A stretch of 64,000 nucleotides of DNA, taken from IMG/VR virus record IMGVR_UViG_3300001605_000011; one strand, written 5' to 3'. Below, piece after piece: positions 57,296-64,000 of the stretch. Origin of the DNA: an uncultured virus (IMG/VR IMGVR_UViG_3300001605_000011) (lineage: Duplodnaviria; Heunggongvirae; Uroviricota; Caudoviricetes). Under the pieces are notes generated by a model that saw only the letters and a program-made list of their open reading frames with translations, had not been told where the DNA came from and ran no database searches. Both the position numbers and the translations under genes were made by a program. Numbering within the stretch: position 1 is the first letter of the stretch; each line of letters opens with the position of its first letter.

Positions 57296-57734
57296 AAAAA
57301 CCTACCAAACGCGGACGACCCGTATCATCCGCAGTGGAAAAGCTGGCCGCTACCAGCGGCAGATCATTTGCCGCCAGTACAGCATTTACCAAGCCGAGTG
57401 CACCGACCTGGTAGTGGCTGTCTTCCAGAACCGGCGACGCATCCACCTGCACAAACGGATCATCCGCCAGTGCCTGATTGCACGGCACCCGGTTACACAA
57501 CAATGTGTGTATGGCGTTCGGGTCCGCTGCGAATGCCGAATTCATCGCCGCGACGCTCTTGTTTTCCTGACCGATTTCGTGGTCTGTCACGGGTACCCAG
57601 TACTCGCTGTCTGTGGTCGACAAACAAATCTCGTTGTCCTCGCCTAGCCGGTAAATCAGCCAGCCTTTGGTAACCGCCACCACCTTACCCGTACCGAACT
57701 CACTGGCGACTGTGTCACCAACTTTGATCTTCAT
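57240..57734 (-). CDS. Hypothetical protein
   Basis: KOW-like N-terminus IKVGDTV; DPNAIHTL..NRVPCN..LADDP...VGALGLVN. Confidence 0.55.
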   Translation of the reverse strand: MKIKVGDTVASEFGTGKVVAVTKGWLIYRLGEDNEICLSTTDSEYWVPVTDHEIGQENKSVAAMNSAFAADPNAIHTLLCNRVPCNQALADDPFVQVDASPVLEDSHYQVGALGLVNAVLAANDLPLVAASFSTADDTGRPRLVGFCEYRCPHNNDEGDHSAAE

Positions 57735-58882
57735 CCTGCTTCCTCGTTGTTGTTGTTGCTACTGCGGACAACACCGAACGGTGTGCCATCGCAAAACACC
57801 TTTTTCTGGAATGAGTCTGCCCACGACATTCCGCGGTGTGTTTCGTCCGAAAAGTCTGCCGGCGGACGCTGCCTTGTTGGCTCGTCAGATAAGTATCGCC
57901 ATCGCCTGTTAGCATACGGCTCAAATTCGCTAGCGTTGGTAAACGCACGATACGTGTGCTCGAGTTTTTCCAGCGACGTACTGGGGAACCACCACGGGCG
58001 ATTGTCCAGCATTAGCTCATAGCCGCTCCGCAACTCCTCCTGACGCACCACGGCAGTCCTACCCACGTAGCGATCCATGGTGGGATTCCAGGTTGGCACC
58101 CACCCTAGCGGCTCAGTCCTGCTAATGATCCTGACCCGATCGCCCACCTTAATCCCAGACATCCTGTGCTGATCCGCGTACGTTGCCTTCACGACACACA
58201 CAGTATTCGTTACAGCTGTGTCGGGACGCATTGGGAACACCCATTCACCCGTTCCGGTATGCCAAAAGCCCCAGCTTTTATCCGCCGCGAGTTCTTTTGT
58301 GTCGGCAAGCCGGTAGCCCGGCGGCACCTCCCCACAGTCCAGCACGTCGAGTGACGTTACCGGAAATACGGCTGTCTCCGGCTGCGTGCTCCGCTGAACC
58401 GTAATACCGCGTCGAGGATGCGTTTTAAGTACGCGTCCGACCTCACCGACCCAACTATCCATGCCATCAATCCAACTGAGCTCCCAGCCGATAGGCGAAG
58501 TTTTCTTGGTAATACGCACGATGTCTCCGATCGCGATTCCAGCCTTCATGTGTCGGCTGGCGTAATCCTCTACAATCGGCACGATGTACGACGCTGAAGC
58601 CGCCCACGGCTGGTCATCACATCGCTTCCACTCATCGCTACAGGGATCCCATCGCATCCTGCTTCCGGTCGGGCGAACCTCCGTACAACAAACAGCTCTC
58701 CAGCCGTCCGGTATCTTACCTGCAAGCTTCGGTTTGGGTATTTCGGAAACGGGTATCCAGTAACCCGTATCGTACGGCACGCTGTGCCACGACGATAACC
58801 TCGGGAAGCCTCGCGAATCAATGTACAACACAGTACCATCGCCCGCTTTAGGCTTGTCAAAACGAATGTCTTTCATCTGCAT
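57731..58882 (-). CDS. Modular hypothetical protein with a duplicated KOW/SH3-like domain
   Basis: YA..H..GI..GD.VRI.....P.GW...W...MD..VG....V...FP.TSL occurs twice. Confidence 0.6.
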   Translation of the reverse strand: MQMKDIRFDKPKAGDGTVLYIDSRGFPRLSSWHSVPYDTGYWIPVSEIPKPKLAGKIPDGWRAVCCTEVRPTGSRMRWDPCSDEWKRCDDQPWAASASYIVPIVEDYASRHMKAGIAIGDIVRITKKTSPIGWELSWIDGMDSWVGEVGRVLKTHPRRGITVQRSTQPETAVFPVTSLDVLDCGEVPPGYRLADTKELAADKSWGFWHTGTGEWVFPMRPDTAVTNTVCVVKATYADQHRMSGIKVGDRVRIISRTEPLGWVPTWNPTMDRYVGRTAVVRQEELRSGYELMLDNRPWWFPSTSLEKLEHTYRAFTNASEFEPYANRRWRYLSDEPTRQRPPADFSDETHRGMSWADSFQKKVFCDGTPFGVVRSSNNNNEEAG

Positions 58883-58935
58883 ATTGCACCTTGCACAGTG
58901 TTACTAGGGTACCGCGACTGGTCGCGGCGTTAGAG

Positions 58936-59106
58936 AAAATCGGGCGGGAATCGAACCCGCAGAGGCCTCGCCAGTCGTTTGCGAGTTGTACTGCCCACGT
59001 AACCGCTCGGTGTGCCCACCGTTAAGTTGCCTCAGCTCCGGATTCGACCAAACCGGGTGCGCTTCACAGGCTAAAACGTACTGATACCAATACCAGCTAC
59101 CGATCC
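58936..59106 (-). ncRNA. tRNA-shaped RNA with a 93-nt anticodon loop (intron-containing tRNA or tRNA-like ncRNA)
   Basis: GGATCGG/CCGATTT acceptor stem, TA, D-arm GCTG-GTATTGGTAT-CAGT, anticodon stem CGTTT/AAACG around 93 nt, 15-nt variable region, perfect T-arm GCGGG-TTCGATT-CCCGC; no encoded CCA. Confidence 0.6.
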
Positions 59107-59547
59107 GTACAGCACGACAAGCTGTCGCGATGTTTACTTTACGTCCTACGACGTTTGCTCGATAAAGCTAACCAACGCTTCGTACTCTTCTGCGTCGCCC
59201 GCTGTTCTAATTACCACGTACGTTTCATGGTGCCACTCCTTGTATTAGTTGACTATGTCCTGCTCACTTGCGGTTTAACTCTTGAGCTCGAGGCAGCAAC
59301 AACAACGGTTGCTTTCACATACGGCCACACGCCGCGGCGTGTAGCTAGCCATAGGTTGATTCCGGCTGCTCTACCCGGTAGTGCGCTATTCCGGAAGCCG
59401 CCGTCGAACCCCGCAATTCCACACGTCGTGGTATCCATGCAACCAACTCGATTTTGGTTGGCTGCATGTACCAGCGACGGTAGGTTAACCAGATAACGAA
59501 AAACACTGTGTACCTCCAGTGCTGTTAGGTCGTCTCACACCTCTGCA

Positions 59548-59793
59548 CTACCTGGAGTTTGCCCAGTTAAGTAGTGACTTAATTTTTTGCTTCCCGGTGC
59601 GCTCACCGTCCGCTACGCCCATCTTGTAGACGGCTTCCACCACTTTACTGAGTCCCGAATGAATTGCTGCCGTGTTACCGGCGTCAAAACCCACACGTAT
59701 CGATGGTTGAATAATCCCATTGACGATGATCTGCAGATAACCATCCGTCTCCGTGTTGTCGACATACTTGATCTCGACACTTGGACTTTCCAT
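59548..59793 (-). CDS. Hypothetical protein
   Basis: 81-aa ORF, 2 bp from the upstream stop. Confidence 0.5.
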   Translation of the reverse strand: MESPSVEIKYVDNTETDGYLQIIVNGIIQPSIRVGFDAGNTAAIHSGLSKVVEAVYKMGVADGERTGKQKIKSLLNWANSR

Positions 59794-59795
59794 AG

Positions 59796-60209
59796 TTACC
59801 CCGCTGAAGGTAGTTGATCTGCCAGTAGTACTGCCACAACCATCGACATATCACTGGCCAAGCCCCGTGGCGATACCGCCACAGTCGGCACTTCCTTGTA
59901 AGTACAGTTTTCACCGTACACCACTACGCGTCGCTCGCCGAGGCGAGACGCCCACATGTCGCACACCTCGAGCATGAACCACCCCGTAGGTGCGTACGTC
60001 GCTGCCTGGGTCCGGAGTGCGTCAGCCAGGTAGTCTGGCGGATGATCCGTACCCTTGCGGAACATGGCATCAAACTGGTCGTAGTTGACGTACAACTTAC
60101 TAAGGTCTGATTTAACATCGTCCGGTATCCGTCTGGTGGTGTTACCGTCTGGTTTTTCTTGCGTCTGCAGTGAACCGCTTCGCTGCTCTTTCGCTTTCTT
60201 TCTTGCCAC
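59796..60209 (-). CDS. Hypothetical protein
   Basis: 137-aa ORF. Confidence 0.5.
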   Translation of the reverse strand: MARKKAKEQRSGSLQTQEKPDGNTTRRIPDDVKSDLSKLYVNYDQFDAMFRKGTDHPPDYLADALRTQAATYAPTGWFMLEVCDMWASRLGERRVVVYGENCTYKEVPTVAVSPRGLASDMSMVVAVLLADQLPSAG

Positions 60210-60244
60210 TGTTTACCTCACGTTATGCGGGTAGTGCAACACCC

Positions 60245-61096
60245 CTAGAAATTACGCCAAAGACACTCCGTCTTGACTGGCTTGACTTTCTGCGAGCTGG
60301 CCTTGCTATCGATCTTGATCTCATCGCAGTGCCAGCCGTAACGGCCGGCAGCTTCCGCGTACAGTTCGCTCGGGTACCCGCTCAAGATGAACTTGCCGCT
60401 GACTTTGCCCAGCTGATACAGCAACGCTGAGTGGTCAGCATCTGTCATCTCGTGCGTGTAGTCGCTATCGCTGGTACGCGTACCGTGCATGTACGGTGGA
60501 TCCAGGTAGAAGAACGTTTTTGGATCGTCCTCCCGCTGAATTACCTTTAACGCGTCGTAGCAGAACAACACCACCCTCTGCAGGCGATTGCACGCCTCTT
60601 GTAGCCCCTCAATGGCCGACAACCACGACGACACCTGCTCGTTCATGTCTCGCCGCGTACGTGTACGAGACATGGTCGCAAAGTCTTTGCCAAGTCCCTG
60701 CCGCGACTGTCGGTACATGACAAAGAACGCAGCAGCACGTGCAACGTCCTCTGACTTGATTGGTTTGGGCTTTGTCTCGGACTTTGTCGCAGTCAGCCCC
60801 TGCTTGGCCGCTGCGAACTCCTCCGAGGAAAACGGAGTCAATGACAACTGCTGCCGTAATTCCTCAAATGTCTGCTTGTTCCGTAGCACACGCCAGAAGT
60901 TCATTAGGTCACCATTGCGATCGTTGACGACCTCTGAGTGGCCACGCACAAACGACTCTGGTTTGTTGAACAGAACCGCCCCGCCGCCGAAGTACGGCTC
61001 TACGTAGTGCGTGTGCTGCGGGATCAGCGAAACAATCCTGCTTGCCAGGTACTGCTTTCCGCCGTGCCACTTGAGAGGCAATGAAATCTTGCTCAT
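60245..61096 (-). CDS. Orphan DNA adenine methyltransferase (Dam/D12-class)
   Basis: PLKWHGGK, motif I YVEPYFGGGAV, EVVND, motif IV YLDPPY, FILSGY, TECLWRNF; start MSKISL at 61096. Confidence 0.9.
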   Translation of the reverse strand: MSKISLPLKWHGGKQYLASRIVSLIPQHTHYVEPYFGGGAVLFNKPESFVRGHSEVVNDRNGDLMNFWRVLRNKQTFEELRQQLSLTPFSSEEFAAAKQGLTATKSETKPKPIKSEDVARAAAFFVMYRQSRQGLGKDFATMSRTRTRRDMNEQVSSWLSAIEGLQEACNRLQRVVLFCYDALKVIQREDDPKTFFYLDPPYMHGTRTSDSDYTHEMTDADHSALLYQLGKVSGKFILSGYPSELYAEAAGRYGWHCDEIKIDSKASSQKVKPVKTECLWRNF

Positions 61097-61133
61097 GAGC
61101 AATTTTGCTGTTGTTAAAGGTGCAGACGCAGTA

Positions 61134-61413
61134 TCACAGTGTTGTCGGTTGTACCAGCTCGAACACGTGCCAAACAAAAGGATGGCCCACGCTGGTGCCA
61201 ACGAACTTCCGCTCGAGCGGTGCCACTGGGTCAACCGGATGACCTGTTCCGACCACCTCAAACACGCGTTCTTCGTCGGGTTCTGTCGGGTCAACCAAGG
61301 CCCACACGAACAGCGATCGCTGTACTTCCTGACACACGCAGTAACGTGGACCCCCGTGGTAGAAAAAGTGAGACACGATCGCTTACGGGCAGGTCGTACT
61401 TGTAGACGTACAT
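61134..61413 (-). CDS. Conserved small phage protein (apparent +1 indel near 61332)
   Basis: MYVYKYDLP...LPRGSTLLRV joins QEVQRSLFVWALVDP...VVGTGHP...FVGT...VWHVFE. Confidence 0.55.
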
Positions 61414-61467
61414 TGATTTTCTCTCTGTTGATTGTTGTCTATCTGGTTGCTGGTGTATGATCACGTG

Positions 61468-61485
61468 CCGGCGCTTGAGCGCCGG
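61468..61485. repeat. 18-bp palindrome, copy 9 (intergenic)
   Basis: Exact match, 3 bp from the stop at 61489; arms extend to 10 bp (61466-61487). Confidence 0.95.
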
Positions 61486-61488
61486 CAA

Positions 61489-61947
61489 TTACTTGATCTC
61501 AATGATTGACGGTGGCTTCTGTGCTTCCCGCTCGTACTCGCGTATTGACGCAATCTGCTGGTTGATCCAGGTTATTGCCGAGTATTCAGCAGATGCAAGA
61601 CCATCTCTGAACCGCTTTGCCTGTACTCGACCCTTTGGCGATGACATCGTGGCTGTAGCACCACGTGGCGTCTTGCGGATCGTGAACTCAAACCGCTGGT
61701 CTGACACAGCCTCTGTAGCGTACTCCGCCTCCTGCGGTGGTTTCTGGTTTTGCCAACCTAATGGCGGATCACCAGCTACGCAAGGCTCCGTGTGATGCCT
61801 GGTAGCAAACCATGTCACGCCCGATGGAAGCAGTTTCGGGTTACCGCTGCCGAGCATCATTCGGAAAGACTTTGCCCAGGCGAGCAGCTGCTCGTCTGTT
61901 CCGGGTGTGTAGTCGTGATTGATCTCGACAAGTGTCCTGTTGCTCAT
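61489..61947 (-). CDS. Hypothetical protein
   Basis: ATGA overlap with the upstream gene. Confidence 0.5.
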   Translation of the reverse strand: MSNRTLVEINHDYTPGTDEQLLAWAKSFRMMLGSGNPKLLPSGVTWFATRHHTEPCVAGDPPLGWQNQKPPQEAEYATEAVSDQRFEFTIRKTPRGATATMSSPKGRVQAKRFRDGLASAEYSAITWINQQIASIREYEREAQKPPSIIEIK

Positions 61948-62414
61948 GATCTATTGGGTGGGTGTTCGCGTAAGGCATCTGCTGCATCTCGCAGCAAAGT
62001 AGCCAGTTTTCGTTGTTCCGCTGCCAGAGTCGGATTGCACTTGCGAGTCTGTTCTTCCGCGGCGTATGCCGCTTTACGTGACGCAACAAACAAGGCTACG
62101 ACGAGCCGTCGCTTTTTGTCATACGCCAGCATATCGCTGAGCCTTTTCGGATTATCCTCTGTGGAATTGTCATCGTGCTTTCCGCATACGATACGATCCC
62201 CCACCAACGACCACCCCGCTATGCCTGCTGACTTGAGGGCCTCGTCGACAGATACCACCCGCGTACTGCAATGCGTCCATACAGCCGGGCACGTTCGCTT
62301 CCCATCCGACCACGTACATCTAATACGTGTCTCAAACACGGTACGCTGCTCGTCGCTGTCATCAGGCCGCATGTGTTTAGCTGCTGCTGCAGCAGCCAGC
62401 GATTGGTACTGCAT
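61944..62414 (-). CDS. Hypothetical protein
   Basis: Cys/His cluster C...C...GW......CGKH. Confidence 0.5.
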   Translation of the reverse strand: MQYQSLAAAAAAKHMRPDDSDEQRTVFETRIRCTWSDGKRTCPAVWTHCSTRVVSVDEALKSAGIAGWSLVGDRIVCGKHDDNSTEDNPKRLSDMLAYDKKRRLVVALFVASRKAAYAAEEQTRKCNPTLAAEQRKLATLLRDAADALREHPPNRS

Positions 62415-62424
62415 CTGTCAACCT

Positions 62425-62655
62425 TTACGTTTTGTAGTGCTTGTCTATCACGTGCCGCACGACTGTCGTCACAGCATCCACAATCGGAACGAGTTGCTCA
62501 TTCTCAGTCTCGACCTCGACAAAGCTGTTCCAGACACGACGGTACGCCTGCCGGATCGCAGTAGCATCTTGCCGCTCTGCTGTCCCCTTCTTGTGCGACG
62601 CTACCTGCCTGTTCAGGTAATCTTCAATGTCAAAGTGGTCATCCTGTATGCTCAT
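62425..62655 (-). CDS. Hypothetical protein
   Basis: ATGA overlap. Confidence 0.5.
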   Translation of the reverse strand: MSIQDDHFDIEDYLNRQVASHKKGTAERQDATAIRQAYRRVWNSFVEVETENEQLVPIVDAVTTVVRHVIDKHYKT

Positions 62656-63062
62656 GACGAACGCTCCGGTGGTGCTGGTGGGACGCTACTGACGTCAGGC
62701 ATACCACGTACAGAGTACGTGCGGTGAAACAACGTTGCGGCCAGCTGGGTGTCCATGCTGTGGGCAGCCGTAGTGTCTGGTGACTGCCTGCCTTCACACT
62801 TGCCAGCCATTTCCTCACCAAAGACATCCAGGTAGATGTTGCGTATGGCTTGCTCGCACATTTCGAGGTAACTGCGTGCATACCCCATATCGCCGCTGCG
62901 TACTGCCATTGTTAACGCCGCCTGCATGTCTGCAGCCACGGCAACTGCGCGTAGCGGAAAATTGGCCACCGCCTGGAGTCTGTGCCACTCTGATCTTGCC
63001 AGGCGGTGCCGCGTGTACGCGGCACGCCTTGTCTCGTCGTTAAATACATTTTGCTCATTCAT
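62652..63062 (-). CDS. Hypothetical protein
   Basis: Overlapping start/stop with neighbours. Confidence 0.45.
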   Translation of the reverse strand: MNEQNVFNDETRRAAYTRHRLARSEWHRLQAVANFPLRAVAVAADMQAALTMAVRSGDMGYARSYLEMCEQAIRNIYLDVFGEEMAGKCEGRQSPDTTAAHSMDTQLAATLFHRTYSVRGMPDVSSVPPAPPERSS

Positions 63063-63318
63063 CTGCTTTGCGATTCACCGGGGTGTAATTCGGCACGGCA
63101 TCCAACGTTGTCAGCAGGCTATCCGCCAACTGCCGCAACTTATTCGCTGTTGCGTGCGTCAGGACTTCTCTGGCATCAAGCATGCAATCAGCTTCCAGGT
63201 CAACGTCAGCCCCATAGCTCACGCTTCCGGTGTAGTTGCCGGGTGTGATTTCAGCCAGATGCAGCGTTAGCCCGTCTTGCTCGAACGATGCTGCATCTCG
63301 CTTTTCCCATTTCGCCAT
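63055..63318 (-). CDS. Hypothetical protein
   Basis: 87-aa ORF. Confidence 0.45.
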   Translation of the reverse strand: MAKWEKRDAASFEQDGLTLHLAEITPGNYTGSVSYGADVDLEADCMLDAREVLTHATANKLRQLADSLLTTLDAVPNYTPVNRKADE

Positions 63319-63331
63319 TGTCTATTTCCGT

Positions 63332-63895
63332 TTAAGTTGTTGCTGTTCTGTATGAGGCAAACTGTGGCTGTTCATCCACTAGATATGCCCAGTCACGTGC
63401 AGTCAGTTTTGAGAAATCACACTTGTCCGCAAACTGTGGTTTATGCGCCAGCAGTCTGGACCAGTCGCAACCATTCAATCTGTGCCAGTAGCACTCCTCA
63501 GCCAACTGTGGCTGCGCGCACAGTATCGCCACCCACTCAACCCCTCGCAGCTTCTGTCTGTTGCAGTGCTTAATGAACTGCGGCTGCCTTCCGATTAGCC
63601 ACACCCACGCAGTTGCCTTGCACCTGTTCATCATTGCCCAGTCGCACTTATCTGCATACTGTGGCTGTTTCATGAGCAGGTAAGCCCAGCCGCTTGCCCG
63701 TACTGTGTGCCAATCGCAGTGTTCGGCGAACTGCACGTACCCGCGTTCCAGACACCATAATCGCCAGTCCATCGGCATATTCTTCAAGATGGCACGTAAG
63801 GACATGTCCTCACACCACAGCAGCCCAGGACTACACGCATCATCCCTGCGGGCCTGAGCTAGCAACTCCGCTTTGTTAGCGAACGTGTAATTCAT
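63332..63895 (-). CDS. Trp/Cys helical-repeat protein
   Basis: About six ~24-aa repeats W-x-x-L-L-x-x-Q-P-Q-F-A-x-x-C-D-W. Confidence 0.65.
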   Translation of the reverse strand: MNYTFANKAELLAQARRDDACSPGLLWCEDMSLRAILKNMPMDWRLWCLERGYVQFAEHCDWHTVRASGWAYLLMKQPQYADKCDWAMMNRCKATAWVWLIGRQPQFIKHCNRQKLRGVEWVAILCAQPQLAEECYWHRLNGCDWSRLLAHKPQFADKCDFSKLTARDWAYLVDEQPQFASYRTATT

Positions 63896-64000
63896 GACGA
63901 TGTATCCTTGCTTGCCGGGGGTTGGTCAAAATCCGGGTATGTGAACTGACTTGCATCACGCCCGGTGACGTAGCCACCTTCGTCGTAGTAAAGCATCGCT

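Noticed and set aside
58936..59106. tmRNA or a standard tRNA with an assignable anticodon
   Set aside because: Too short for a typical tmRNA, no G3.U70 and no convincing tag frame; the anticodon cannot be assigned without knowing splice sites.
11173..61485. CRISPR array made of the 18-bp palindrome
   Set aside because: Copies are kilobases apart, with no spacer-sized intervals and no cas genes.
424..63879. Plus-strand ORFs in the ORF track (e.g. 14552..15244, 32798..33430, 61792..62727)
   Set aside because: They are antisense shadows of motif-bearing or tightly packed minus-strand genes and show no recognisable motifs.
1..64000. Alternative genetic code (stop-codon reassignment)
   Set aside because: TAA, TAG and TGA all end genes at sensible boundaries and coding density is high under the standard code; breaks are frameshifts, not in-frame stops.

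Overview
The window looks like part of a very large (jumbo/huge) tailed phage genome, probably infecting a planctomycete (inference). All credible genes lie on the minus strand and are tightly packed, often with TAATG/TGATG/ATGA overlaps. Read in transcription order (64000 to 1): ~64-33.8 kb is an early/accessory region of small ORFs (Dam-like methyltransferase, degenerate IscA and CsrA, GNAT/RimI-like, DUF932, MoxR AAA + vWA metallopeptidase pair); ~33.7-26 kb encodes the C-terminal half of an RNA polymerase beta' subunit among low-complexity, probably virion-internal proteins; ~26-0 kb encodes tail/receptor-binding proteins, a membrane protein + two-protease cassette and a mosaic array of paralogous fibre genes. 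The most notable signals are: (1) a phage-borne retron-type reverse transcriptase (NAxxH, YADD, VTG) preceded by a ~365-nt multi-hairpin non-coding region between two terminator-like hairpins and followed by a Nudix-family gene; (2) nine dispersed copies of the 18-bp palindrome CCGGCGCT-TG/CA-AGCGCCGG; (3) a 171-nt tRNA-shaped RNA with ~86 extra nt in its anticodon loop. The sequence has Ns and clustered single-base indels, so most apparent frameshifts are probably sequencing errors. Family assignments come from motif recognition by eye; no database search was run.
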